A DNA stretch of 64,000 nt from Eledone cirrhosa. Its lineage: Eukaryota. Position 1 is the first letter of the stretch; each line of letters starts with the position of its first letter. This document shows positions 1-16,620 of the stretch, in pieces. The notes beneath the pieces are model-generated. The model did not search any database. It was not told the origin of the DNA and worked only from the letters and a program-made list of their open reading frames with translations. Made by a program: the position numbers and the translations under genes. The stretch is from the NCBI GenBank assembly GCA_964016885.1, contig OZ024765.1:13020001-13084000 (forward strand), read 5' to 3'.

Positions 1-345
1 TTTATTTAGGACTGGATGTTGTGGTACCAACATAACTTTACAGAGAAAGGGGTGGTGTTGATGGGGGTGGGGGTGGAGGAGTTTGGGTAGTGGGATGGCG
101 GGTGTATATTTGATTAAGAGGTGCCTACTGACTGTAGGTTTCGTTTTGTACTTAGGCAAGGCGGGTTTTCTGTATTACTGTGTAACGCCAAAGATCTCGG
201 TCCAGCGACATTGTCTTAGAGAGGTGTAAGTGTGTAAGGTCGGAATTTATCAAATCGTCCCAGGTTTTTCTGGGTCTGCCTACTCCGTAAATACCATCAA
301 TTTTGATTGCCCTGCACTTTTTTTATGCAGCTGTCATCTTTCATA
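1..345 (-). mobile_element. RTE-clade LINE 3' fragment (end of RT ORF plus part of 3'UTR), diverged
   Basis: Aligns by eye to 8230-8565 and 37800-38065 (aggcgggt..ctgtattactg, tcccaggtttttctgggtctgcc). Confidence 0.85.
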
Positions 346-1095
346 TGTCTGTAGTATACATTCCTACCACATGTCTATAGTATCTGAGCTGTGATCTTTC
401 AATGCAGAGAAGTAGCTTCTCTGATCTCTAAGCTACACACTCTATCGAGTAACAATACTACAAAGACACTTCAGAGGTACCACATTTCAGCCACGTGTAT
501 TTTTGATCATCCTGTTTAGGCATTCTAACCACGTGTCTGTAGTATCTGAGCTGTGATCTTTCTATGCAGAGAAATAGTGGCTCAACTTGGAGTGACTCTC
601 TGAGCTACACACTCTGTCGTGTAATAATTGTTTCTACTTTTAGCACAAGGCCAGCAATTATCTCAGTGCATTACTTGTGCTTTATTTATTGACCCTGTAA
701 GGATGAAAGGCAAAGTTAACCTCAGTGGGATTTGAACTCAGACTGTAAAGGGCTGTAACTCTATGCTGCAAAGCATGGTGTCCGACTCTTCAATGATACT
801 GCCAAAAACCCTTCAGAGAAACCTCATTTCAACCATGTGTAATTGTGATCATCCTGCAATTCTTTCCTTTGACATACTAACCCCATGTTTGTAATATCTG
901 AGCTGTAATCTCTTGATTCTGAGAAGTAGTGACTCAACTTGGAGTGACTCTCTGATCTCTGTCAAGTAACAATACTCCAAAGACCTTTTGGAAGAACCTC
1001 ATTTCAACCATGTGTAATTGTGATCATGCTGCAATTCTTTCCTTTGACATACTAACCACATGTTTGTAGTATTGTAGCTGTGATCTCTCAATAGG
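345..1095 (-). mobile_element. Degenerate tandem copies of an Expander/Rex3-like LINE fragment, with a SINE-B at about 625-810
   Basis: Repeated tagtatctgagctgtgatct...agaagtag..ggagtgactctc matches 19000-19110. Confidence 0.55.
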
Positions 1096-1859
1096 AAGTA
1101 CAGGCTCTGTCAATGAACGGAAAGGAACCACTGTTGAATACGATACTCAGTACATTAGTAGAGATGTTGATTTGAGAGAAATGAAAACAGTTCTTGTCCT
1201 GCTGAAGTCATTTCAATATGGAATACATACATATGTACATATATACATACATATATACATACATACATACATATGGACATACATACGTACATACATACAT
1301 ATGGACATACATATGTACATGATGGCTGCCCCCTCGTTATTGAGTATGGCCATTGCATGATATACCATTATTAATAATTATGAATTAATTCCATCATGCA
1401 ATGCCTGTGCGTGATGATATTTTTTTAAAGTGAGGAAAGACTGTGCACTGAGCCAATCCCACTCTCTGAGAGACAGTAGCTATACCTCAAAAAGAAGAAG
1501 AGATCAACATCATCGGTAACTACTGAGCCGCAGGTTTTATATTGGAGTTATCCCAGTTTCCTGAGTTGCCTTCTCCTAGAAGAATGCCCTAAGAAAGGCT
1601 AGGGGTCCTTCACTCCCAGTGGTTTAACCGCGCAGTACATGTGTATATACATATTTACACACTTTCGGATGGCCGTTGACTCTTATGAGTTCTTCCGCCC
1701 TGTGTGTCGGGTCACTCTTGAGTGCTACTGGTAACATGTAACCCAGTACAACCTGTCGCATGGTCGGGTCGTTGGCGACTAAACCGGCAACCCCACCAAG
1801 TTTACTTGGTGAGGAGGGTAACTTTGGACACCCTGCAGGACAAAAAACAAAACCTGACA

Positions 1860-1910
1860 CATATGTACATACGGACATACATACTACATACATATATATA
1901 TATATACACA

Positions 1911-1946
<36 letters not shown>

Positions 1947-2106
1947 CATACATACATATATACATATGTACATACATATATATATACACATATATATATA
2001 CATACATATATACATAGGTACATGCATAATCATACATAAATACATGCATCATATATAGGTACGTACATACATATATACATACATCGTACATACATACACA
2101 GCCACA

Positions 2107-2154
<48 letters not shown>

Positions 2155-3577
2155 TACACAGCCACACACCCACACATACACACACACACACACACACACG
2201 CATACACACACACACATACACAGAGTATATTTGCGGAAATAAGACAGGTTAGTCACAGATAGAATGTGTTTGATCATTGGTTTGAGACTAAATCTAAATA
2301 GACAAACACACACACACACCCATACACACACACCCATACACACACACCCATACACACACACACACACCCATACACCCATACACACACCCATACACACACA
2401 CACCCATACACACACACACACACCCATACACACACACCCATACACCCATACACACACACACCCATACACCCATACACACACCCATACACCCATACACACA
2501 CACACCCATACACACACACCCATACACACACACCCATACACACACACCCATACACACACCCATACACACACCCATACACACACCCACACACACACCCACA
2601 CACACCCACACACACACCCATACACACACACCCATACACCCATACACACACCCATACACACCCATACACACACACACCCATACACACGCACCCATACACA
2701 CGCACCCATACACACGCACCCATACACACACCCATACACACACACCCATACACACACACCCGTACGTACACACATACACACACATCCATACACATACACA
2801 CACCCATATACCTCTATATAAATACACACTGATGCACACACAACCACTTTGGTAGAAACACACACTCACACACAGATGATTACCTCAAACACACACATAG
2901 TTACCTCAAGACACACTTACACACACACAACCACTTCTGTAGAAACACACATACACACACCCAATCACTGCCAGGCACACACACACACAATCACTGTCAC
3001 ACACACACACACAATCACTGCCAGACACACACACACAATCACTGTCAAACACACACACACACACATACACACAATCACTGTCAGACACACACAAACACAC
3101 GGGGCCACTGCTAAACACAAACACACATACACATACACAATCACTGTCAGACACACACACACACACACCTTCTGCACACACATACACACACACACCTTCT
3201 GCACACACATACACACACACACCTTCTGCACACACACACACATCCCCCAGACATGCGACACTGACAAAGCATGTCTTCAACAAATGACATCATTCAAGAT
3301 GTGTAGAAATAGTATCACACCCACAACTGGTTGGGGTGGTGGTGGGAGGGAGAGAGAGACTGAGAGAGAGGGGGGAGACAGAGTGAGATAGATAGAGAGG
3401 GAGTGGGGCAGAGAGAAAGAGAGAGACTGAGTGAGGCAGAGAGAGAGAGAGAGAGTGACAAATTGAGTGAGAGAGAGAGAGAAGGGGAGTGATTGACAGA
3501 GAGAGAGAGAGAGAGTGATAGAGACAGAAAGAGACAAACTGTGAGAGACAGAGAGAATGGGGGGGGGGGTCACAAAC

Positions 3578-3620
<43 letters not shown>

Positions 3621-3700
3621 TGACAGAGAGAAAAATACAAGCAAACTACACCCACAACTGGTAGATAAATAGATAGAGAGACAGATAGGAAGGGAGAGAG

Positions 3701-3745
<45 letters not shown>
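1860..3745. repeat. Compound microsatellite field: (TA)n, (CA)n, (CA)nCCCATA, (GA)n, (GT)n
   Basis: Seen directly. Confidence 0.95.
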
Positions 3746-3747
<2 letters not shown>

Positions 3748-4012
3748 CAGAGCAATGAGAGGGGGAATGTTTGTGACATGAGAGGGACTGAAATGATCTG
3801 GAGCTGATCACTGTGCCAGGTGTGAGGAGTAGTAGGAGATGAAGACAGTATTGGGGAGGGAGGGAGAGGAGGAGGGCAATGAAATAGGATATGACTAGAG
3901 GAAGGGTGAGGTCAGCAAGGGTGTGTGTGGTTGGGGAGGGTTGAGCCAGAAAATGAAGGAAGAAGAGCAACAGTGACAACAACAATGGTGACTAGATATG
4001 TTTGTTGTTTTA

Positions 4013-4069
<57 letters not shown>

Positions 4070-4081
4070 ATATATATATAA

Positions 4082-4239
4082 TGAGGAAATGTGGTAAGGA
4101 ACCAGGTGGACCATAACGAACCAAAGTACTCAATACTTAGGGTAGTAGAGTGGGTAATAGGAACGAGTAGGACCCTGACGGCTGAGCTCAAGCCGTTTCG
4201 ACGGCTTGAGCTCAGCCGTCGGGGTCCTACTCGTTCCTA
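4082..4239 (-). mobile_element. TA-embedded GAGCTC-family element with a 39-bp fold-back hairpin (putative Penelope-like pLTR remnant)
   Basis: 4158-4239 forms a 39-bp stem with one G-T pair and a TTCG loop. Homologous to 31316-31507, 45125-45290 and 63088-63263. Confidence 0.7.
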
Positions 4240-4311
4240 TATATATATATATACACACACACATACACACACTTTGCTATCCCATAAAGTGCTAACTGAA
4301 TCACTTAATGA

Positions 4312-4350
<39 letters not shown>

Positions 4351-4389
4351 TTGGGGAGGGTCATATTGTTATAATAATATTGCCAGAAA

Positions 4390-4582
4390 TAATAATTGTT
4401 TCTACTTTTGGCACAAGGCCAGCAATTATCCCAGTGTATTACTGGTACTTTATTTTATCGACCCCATAAGGATGAAAGGGAAAGTTAACCTCGGTGGGAT
4501 TTGAACTCAGAATGGCAAGGGCCGTAACTCTATGTGTCAAAGCATGGCGTCCGACCCTCTACCGATACTGCCAATCCACCGC
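4390..4582 (-). mobile_element. SINE family B (tRNA-like head, MetaSINE-like core)
   Basis: Reverse complement of the consensus at 21434-21625: A box TGGCAGTATCGG, B box GAGTTCAAATCC, core aactttgcctttcatccttacggggtcgataaaataaagtacc. Confidence 0.85.
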
Positions 4583-4679
4583 CTTCTTTCCATTGACAGA
4601 AATAATAATAGAACACACTCACTGTTTGGTTTGGATTGGTTTTTGCTTCTGTATCTTTTATATCATCATTGCCGTTTAA

Positions 4680-5014
4680 CCCTTTAGTATTTACATTACT
4701 CTATATTTAATATTGTATTTTCACAGTAAATACTTTATTTCATATAATTACCTCACATAATATCGAATCTACGAGATTTTGATATTATTTATTTTCCCGC
4801 CGAGGTTAAACTTTGCCTTTCATCCTTACGGGGTCGATAAAATAAAGTACCAGTAATGCACTGGGTAATTGCTGGCCTTGTGCCTAAAGTAGAAACAATT
4901 ATTTATTTTGAGAACAATACCTTAACATAAGTATGAGCAGCCAGTTATGGCTGGTTTGAACAGAAAGAGGTAAGAGAATTCTGGCCGGATACAGTCAGTT
5001 TAAATGCTAAAGGG
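4680..5014. mobile_element. piggyBac-type MITE (TTAA TSD) with a nested partial SINE-B at about 4797-4900
   Basis: TTAA|CCCTTTAGTATTTA ... TAAATGCTAAAGGG|TTAA. Confidence 0.85.
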
Positions 5015-5250
5015 TTAATGTCCACCTTCGACGCTAGCATGGGTTAAACGGGTTGTCTAATTTAAGGCAAGTTGGGTCAGGTGACTGTATCCTGCTCATA
5101 CAGAACTATATAGGAGAGCTTCTATATATATATATATATAGAAGCTCTCCTATATAAGCAAGACACAGTCACCTGACCCAACTTGCCTCTAAATAGGACA
5201 AACCCGTCTAACCCACGCTAGCATGGAAAATGGACGTTAAATGATGATGA
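5015..5250. repeat. Two inverted RTE/SINE-type 3' tails around a perfect 50-bp palindrome (5107-5156)
   Basis: tatataggagagcttc(TA)n gaagctctcctatata; the flanks are diverged reverse complements of each other. Confidence 0.8.
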
Positions 5251-5362
5251 AGATATATATATATGGTAAATTATATAAGTTGATGATACAACAGTCCAAG
5301 GCTTTCAGAATCTACTGAATCACCTTATTTATGTCGATCGATTGGTTATTGATTAGGCGATA

Positions 5363-5476
5363 CCCGCTGATGAAGCTGCATAAGCCGATTGTGTATTGTT
5401 GCATAATTAATATATGCAGACAGATGGTGCAGTTCACCTTACTGCTGCCTTAGTGCGGCAGAAACTCGAGTCCGGG
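5363..5476 (+). ncRNA. Type I hammerhead ribozyme motif with extended stem II
   Basis: CCCG-CTGATGA-(a gctgca taag ... ctta g tgcggc a)-GAAA-C-TCGA-G-TC-CGGG. Stem I is cccg/cggg, the stem-III loop TCGA is palindromic, cleavage triplet GUC. Confidence 0.75.
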
Positions 5477-6043
5477 AACCATTATAGGCACCCGTTTTAC
5501 GTATGTTGTGTTGAAGCAAATAACTGTGTGTATACTCTGGTAATGTATCTTACATTGCCTATTGAGTACGCTGAGATACAACCGGTACTGGCATTGAGAA
5601 ATATGCTGGGTCCGTCAACCCTTATTATATATATATGTATGTATTTATATATAACAGTGTTGTAGTTTGCTTGAAGCATTGTTGAATAGGAAGTATAAAT
5701 TTAAATAATTTTAAAAGCCTTACAATGCATTAGAAAATTAAAGATGCCAAGATAACAATAGAATTTTACCGTAGCAAATTTAATAATCCCAAATATTTTC
5801 AGGTTTAAAAACGCATTATCAAGGGAGTATCCCTGTGAAGATCTTAAAGGATCGATCGGAGACGAGTTGTTCTTAGCAATGGAGGTTGAGGGTGTATTAA
5901 GGGTTGGTGGGGTGAAGGGTGTGGGTTTGTAGCTAGGTCAATGGGTAAGGGGAGAGGAGAAGGGGTGTGGAGGTGCTACAGCATGGTCGTTTAATGTATG
6001 ACTTGCTGTAAAAAACTGTTACGTTGTTATTTCTGATGTCTGC

Positions 6044-6442
6044 TCACACACACATACACATAAGCACACACACATTGAATCACATACATACACACACATA
6101 CATACACACACACACACACATACACATCCATACATATAAACAAACACACATATACACATACAAACATGTAGAGATACACACATATATGCATACTTACACA
6201 CACATACATACATACATACAGATACACACTCATACACATAGAGATATACACACATACATACATACATGCATACTTACACACACACACACACATATACATA
6301 CATATAGAGATACAACATACATTCATACACATACAGAAACATACATATAGAGACACACATAGATCCACAAACATACACTCACACAGCACACACATACATA
6401 TATTCATACATCATCACACTTAAACACATACATACACACACT

Positions 6443-6479
<37 letters not shown>

Positions 6480-7545
6480 ACATATATGTCACATACATCC
6501 GCATACATATACAATTAGACACATACACATATATATATACACACACATAGGCACGTGTGTGTGTGTGTGCATGTGTCTGTTTATAATGGCTAAACCATAC
6601 ATAGATGTACATACATATATGTATGTACACATGTTTATACATATATGTATAATCACGTTTGTATACACACACACGTTTATATACACACACACATACACAC
6701 ATGCACACACACACATATATAGACACGTGTGTAGGCGTTGGAAAAAATCTTTCCAGTCTCCACCCCCTATCGTGTGAACTCATTTATATCATGTACACAC
6801 ACACACAGGCTCCTGTACACACACACACACACACAGGCTCCTGTACACACACACACCACACACCATACTCACATGCCCCTATACAGGCACACACACACAC
6901 ACACACTCACACTCAGGCTCCTGTACACACACACACACACACACACCTTACAACACACAAATACACCAATAACCATACACATATACACACACTCACACAT
7001 ATACACAGACACACACATACCCCATACACTCCCCCACACACACACACCAAACACCATACACTCACTCAAACACACATATACACACACACACACCCCACAT
7101 AGACACAGTGCACACATACACTATACACTCCCCCACATACACACCAAACACCATACACACACTCAAACACACATATACACACACACCCATACCCCATACA
7201 CTCCCCCACACACACCAAACACCATACACACACTCAAACACACATATACACACACACCCATACCCCATACACTCCCCCACACACACCAAACACCATACAC
7301 ACACTCAAACACACATATACACACACAGACACACATTTATTTATATAGACATATGTGGCAGTGTTTATGTACACCAGTGTCTACAATTATATAGACAAAC
7401 CCTTTATAGACAGGGTGTGTATATAGATGTGACTAGAAAATATAGAAATATATCGGATGTATAGACGAATGGATATATAAATACATACTCACATATATAA
7501 ATATGAATGTATGTGTGTGTGTGTATATATATATAGATAGATAAA
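6044..7545. repeat. Degenerate (CA)n/(TA)n low-complexity field
   Basis: Seen directly. Confidence 0.9.
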
Positions 7546-7703
7546 TATACACGGGTGTGTATGATTATGTATAGAAGATTATATTAATAAGAGGAATTCC
7601 AACTTTGTCTGATTTACTCGTTTTATTTACAATCCTTTAAAATTTATATAATATGGTATTATAATGAAATAGTATGGTAGAATATTAAATGTTAAGTGTT
7701 AAT

Positions 7704-7742
7704 TGAACAAGTACTTTCATGCTTTCGCAATCTTCAGGTTCA
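7704..7742 (-). ncRNA. Minimal type I hammerhead ribozyme motif (39 nt)
   Basis: Minus strand reads TGAAC-CTGAAGA-t TGC GAAA GCA t-GAAA-GTAC-TT-GTTCA: 5-bp stem I, tetraloop stem II, palindromic GTAC. Confidence 0.7.
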
Positions 7743-7791
7743 TAATGTGTGGTGACAGTCAAGTTTGCAATTTTCAACTGTTGAATATATA

Positions 7792-7858
<67 letters not shown>

Positions 7859-7930
7859 TACAGAGTGTATATATATATATATATATATATACATATATAC
7901 AGAGTGTATATATATATATATATATACAGA

Positions 7931-7967
<37 letters not shown>

Positions 7968-7969
7968 GT

Positions 7970-11562
<3,593 letters not shown>

Positions 11563-11615
11563 CTACATAGAGCACTCTCTTTTCCTTTACCTTTCCTACG
11601 GAAATAATTCATATA

Positions 11616-11670
<55 letters not shown>

Positions 11671-11794
11671 TTTAGCCCTTGGTAGGGTGGAAAACTGAAC
11701 GTTAAATGGTGATGAATATATTTATATTTAATATACATGCATGTCTGTATTATATATCTGTGTGTGTGAATCAGCGATATATATACATATACAT

Positions 11795-11899
<105 letters not shown>

Positions 11900-12150
11900 C
11901 ACACACATACTAAGAGAAAGAAGAAGGAATTAATTTAAAATCCTACCAGGCTCTCCTCTCAATCCAATAAACTGAGTGGGTGAGGCAGGGTGGTTGCTAC
12001 CAACTACCCAACCTAGAGACATGGTGTACTGAGTTACATTGTATCAGTATCACATAGAACCTGCCCTGACCTTGTGCACGCTATGCACACACACATATTT
12101 TCACAATATCACGTTTCATCAACACCTCTAAATCACAAATTAACTAATCC

Positions 12151-12411
12151 TTATTTACATGCTTCTGTGTATTTACAGTTGTAAAGCAACAGGTGTAAAT
12201 ACCCGTCAAACCGAAACTTCAATAGCTTTATCTTTCCAGATTGAATAGTTAAAAAATTATAGTCTTTATTAAAGTGTTTGTTGATTGTGGAGCATGGTTG
12301 CTTTGTCACGAAAGTTTTCATGTTCATGTTAAATGGTTGGTTGAACCAAGTTATATTTCTCAGCCTGATAATTTTTCTTTTTTCTCGACTATCATTCTTT
12401 TTCTCATTCAT
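12151..12411 (-). pseudogene. Decayed Penelope-like element ORF fragment (region C-terminal to RT, upstream of GIY-YIG)
   Basis: RLRNITWFNQPFNMNMKT...INKHFNKD...KIKL resembles the PLE motif R.RNI.WFNPP(F/Y)S.NVKT...IDKHF, recalled from family knowledge and not searched. Confidence 0.55.
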
Positions 12412-12419
12412 CTCTCATC

Positions 12420-12548
12420 CTATTCTCTGATCAAGGACTAACGTCTAAATCATTCAGACTCTTTCCTCCTATATCAAGTGTTAAACTAATATGTATCATG
12501 ATTATACTGTATCATTTCGTTGTGTTGTTTTTTCCTCATTAACTTTTC
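12420..12548 (+). mobile_element. Decayed pLTR-like segment with degenerate hammerhead; homolog at about 44430-44530
   Basis: tct-ctgatca-aggac taac gtct-aaatcattc-aga. The second copy has ggtccgaaacattaagac and the same downstream tatcaag.gttaaactaatat. Confidence 0.45.
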
Positions 12549-12592
12549 ACACACACACACACACACACAAATATATATATATATATATATAT

Positions 12593-12932
12593 GGAGGCAC
12601 ATGGCTTAGTGGTTATAGCATTGGCCTTGCAATCGAAAGGTTGTGAGTTCAATTCTCAGACCGGGTGATGTGTTTATTCCTTGAGCAAGACACTTTATTT
12701 CACATTGCTCCAGTTTACTCAGCTGTAGAAATGAGATGATAGGGACTGGGGTCCATATCATTCCACTGTAAAGTGGTCGTGGAGGTGCCACGGCACAAAA
12801 GCACCCAGCACTCACTGTAAATGAGGTTGGTGTTAGGAAGGGCATCCAGCTGTAGAAATCAAGCCAGAATCAGTTCCCGTCCCACCCTTGCAAGCAGGGA
12901 AAAAGCGGACGTAAAATGAAACGATGATGATG
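12593..12932 (+). mobile_element. SINE family A: tRNA-like head, CORE-like centre, RTE-type 3' tail
   Basis: A box TGGCTTAGTGG, B box GAGTTCAATTC. CORE-like ccttgagcaagacacttta...cagtttactcagctgtagaaatgag. Tail ggttggtgttaggaagggcatccagctgtagaaa...(gat)n. Confidence 0.9.
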
Positions 12933-13026
12933 ATATATATATATATATATATAAATCAGGATAGAACCAGTTTGAAACTAGTTAAACTATTACCCACATC
13001 TACTGATATTGCTACATATACATGTA

Positions 13027-13057
<31 letters not shown>

Positions 13058-14190
13058 ATATATATATGCACCTGTGTGTATATATTTATACATGTGTGTG
13101 TGTACATATATGCACCTGTGTGTATATATTTATACGTGTGTGTGTGTATACATATATGCACCTGTGTGTATATATTTATACATGTGTGTGTGTGTGTGTG
13201 TACATATATGCACCTGTGTGTATATATTTATACATGTGTGTGTGTGTGTGTACATATATGCACCTGTGTGTATATATTTATACATGTGTGTGTGTGTGTG
13301 TACATATATGCACCTGTGTGTATATATTTATACATGTGTGTGTGTGTGTGTACATATATGCACCTGTGTGTATATATTTATACATGTGTGTGTGTGTGTG
13401 TACATATATGCACCTGTGTGTATATATTTATACATGTGTGTGTGTGTGTGTGTACATATATGCACCTGTGTGTATATATTTATACATGTGTGTGTACATA
13501 TATGCACCTGTGTGTATATATTTATACATGTGTGTGTATACATATATGCACCTGTGTGTATATATTTATACATGTGTGTGTGTACATATATGCACCTGTG
13601 TGTATATATTTATACATGTGTGTGTATACATATATGCACCTGTGTGTATATATTTATACATGTGTGTGTATACATATATGCACCTGTGTGTATATATTTA
13701 TACATGTGTGTGTGTACATATATGCACCTGTGTGAATATATTTATACATGTGTGTGTGTACATATATGCACCTGTGTGTATATATTTATACATGTGTGTG
13801 TGTGTGTGTACATATATGCACCTGTGTGTATATATTTATACATGTGTGTGTGTGTACATATATGCACCTGTGTGTATATATTTATACATGTGTGTGTGTG
13901 TGTGTACATATATGCACCTGTGTGTATATATTTATACATGTGTGTGTGTGTGTGTGTACATATATGCACCTGTGTGTATATATTTATACATGTGTGTGTG
14001 TGTGTGTACATATATGCACCTGTGTGTATATATTTATACATGTGTGTGTGTGTGTGTGTACATATATGCACCTGTGTGTATATATTTATACATGTGTGTG
14101 TGTGTGTGTACATATATGCACCTGTGTGTATATATTTATACATGTGTGTGTGTGTGTGTACATATATGCACCTGTGTGTATATATTTATA
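13058..14190. repeat. Minisatellite with constant core tacatatatgcacctgtgtgtatatatttataca plus variable (TG)n, about 24 units
   Basis: Seen directly. Confidence 0.95.
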
Positions 14191-14640
14191 CAAACACACG
14201 TGTGTGTGTGATAGAGAGAGACATGTAAGGTAATTTTATACTATATGTTTTAGTAAAAACATATTTTATTTTAAAAAAAACAACGTTGCTGTGTAGATAC
14301 TATGGCTGAATGACATTTGTTTTTATCCATTTGGACATAGAGAGGACACTGACACAATTCGTTTCTCCATCTCTTTACGGCTATATCACAGATTGGCTAC
14401 TCATGTTTCTGACCACCAGCGGGAATATTAGCTTCCTTATGGCCTTCTACAGTTTACACAAACCACGATAGAACTGACTGGCTTGATTTATATAAGAGTA
14501 CAAATATTCACACAGTGAATTAATACACCATACGTCATTAATAAACATACGTTATGTGCAAACACTCCGACACCTCCCACCAACTCCACTCCCAATCAAT
14601 TACCTTGCTCTTACCATTCACTATTTTCTTTATATATATA

Positions 14641-15035
14641 TCATCATCATCTTCGTCATCGTTTTACATCTGTTCTTCCACGCTAGCATGGGTTAGACGG
14701 GTTGTCCTGTTGTGGGCAGTGTCCGGTCGGCTGACTTTGTCTTGCTCATACGGGAACTAATTCTGGCTTGATTTCTACAGCTGGATGCCCTTCCTAACAC
14801 CAACCTCATTTACAGTGAGTGCTGGGTGCTTTTTGCCGTGGCACCTCCACGTCCACTTTGCAGTGGAATGATAGGGACCCCAGTCCCTATTATCTCATTT
14901 CTACAGCTGAGTAAACTGGAGCAATGTGAAATAAAGTCTCTTGCTCAAGGAAACAACACATCACCCGGTCCGAGAATTGAACTCACAACCTTTCGATTGC
15001 AAGCCCAATGTCTAACCACTAAGCCATGTGCCCTC
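14641..15035 (-). mobile_element. SINE family A (longer tail variant)
   Basis: Reverse complement of 12593-12932. Confidence 0.9.
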
Positions 15036-15167
15036 ACATATATATGATTTAATTCCTTTGAATCTTCATCAACATTCCTTCACTCACACACTTATTAATA
15101 CCCCTCTCTCCCTCCAGACACGCCCAAATCTCTTATATGTAGGGTCCATATCACAACACAACCTGAG

Positions 15168-15405
15168 ATCAGTTTCACAGTCGCCACCGACGAATGCAAG
15201 AAAGTTCTCCAAGAAAGTTAACTTCGAATCTTTATAAAATCTCCCCACTGAAGTTAACATAGAACTTACTACTAGATCTATGAAACCAAATTGTAAAATT
15301 GTAAAATCCTAAAATTAAATTAAATTGTTTAGAACTACAAGTGAAGTCATTCTTTTCCTTTTTTTAAATATAACTAACTACCAAGGATTTCCCACATTTT
15401 CCAAT
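15168..15405 (+). mobile_element. Unclassified repeat ending at (TA)n; second copy at about 23630-23865
   Basis: Both copies share gacgaatgc.agaaagttctccaa..., gaagttaaca.agaacttacta and ccaaggat.tcccacattttccaa(TA)n. Confidence 0.7.
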
Positions 15406-15699
15406 ATATATATATATATATATATATAAACCACAAACCCTCCATCTCAATTCTACTTTTGAAAAGCACAAGAACTGCAAAACCGGTAAAGGAACCAAAT
15501 ATACATAAATGTGTGTATATGAATATATGAATATATGCATACATATACACAACATAGGCCTATATCTTCATACCTACTTCCCTCCCTTATTGACCCCCTC
15601 CCCAAATCTGCGAGGGCTCTACACTTGGGTCTATGACCAACAACCTTTCTAGTGTTGGAGATCTACACAATAAAAGCATATATATTATATATCTATATA

Positions 15700-16126
15700 C
15701 AGGGTGCGGACGATATTTGTTCGCAAGATTACTGTCTAGGAAAAAATAAGACAGTAGTTTTATTTTTTAAGATATATTTATCAAACTTGGGTCAGTTTGT
15801 CTTCATGATTTTTTCTTTCGATCTCACTCGATAAACCCGCCATTGGCTTTGATGACGGCCTCAAGGTGGCCTCGGAACCGGCTACAGGCCTTCGTCACTG
15901 TCCCCCAAATTATGCCCCTAAAGGCTCTTGTGATCCTGGCCTTCAGATCGTCTTTCGTATTGCAGCTAGATCTGTTGGTGTCTTGTTCCACTGCGCCCCA
16001 CACAAAGAAGTCGAGGGGGTTGCAGTCAGGCGAGCTGGGAGGCCAGATGTCAGGTGCAGTGTGGTTGACGAAGTTCTCTGACAGCCAGGCTTGGGTCTTT
16101 CGGCTGGTATGGCAGGGCGCTGAGTC
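15700..16126 (-). mobile_element. Tc1/mariner superfamily DD37D (maT) transposon 3' fragment with one TIR
   Basis: Minus frame 16126-15824 reads DSAPCHTSRKTQAWLSENFVNHTAPDIWPPSSPDCNPLDFFVWGAVE...LEAVIKANGGFIE*, with 37 residues between the second and third D. Terminus TA|CAGGGTGC at 15700. Confidence 0.9.
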
Positions 16127-16172
16127 AGAGGAATATACATACCTTCACATATATATGCTGTCTTCAGAAATG

Positions 16173-16202
<30 letters not shown>

Positions 16203-16209
<7 letters not shown>

Positions 16210-16385
16210 TAAAATAAAAGATTAAAGTTTAAGCAAAGAATCGCTGCTTTCACCCTTAACGGGATCTTCTGAAACTAACAAAGTCAATCTGTGAACGCAG
16301 AAGTAAATATTTCAAAAAACGTTGCAACCGGAGGAAGTCAGGAAGACGATACTTTGGTTCCTTGGCAAAGAACAGGAAAAAACGA
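16203..16385 (-). mobile_element. TA-embedded repeat family (gggatcttctg); other copies at 40748-41150, 55167-55240 and 62603-62775
   Basis: Near-identical ttaaagtttaagcaaagaatcgctgctttcacccttaa.gggatcttctg in all copies. Confidence 0.8.
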
Positions 16386-16572
16386 ATATAATATATATAT
16401 ATATATATTTCTCTCAGATGTGAGAAAAACCACAGACCCTCCATCTCAACTCTACTTTTGAAATGCAGAAGAACTGCGAAACCGAGAAAGGAACCAAATA
16501 AATATATATATTTAAAAAAAAATAAGACTCCAGTTGCATTTTCGATTTCATCTTTTTTTCTATATATATATG

Positions 16573-16620
<48 letters not shown>

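Noticed and set aside
12593-12665. tRNA gene
   Set aside because: A and B boxes are present, but there is no proper acceptor stem and it continues into a SINE body in every copy.
13058-14190. Constant repeat with variable spacer (CRISPR-like) and a 434-aa ORF
   Set aside because: The spacers are only (TG)n length variants.
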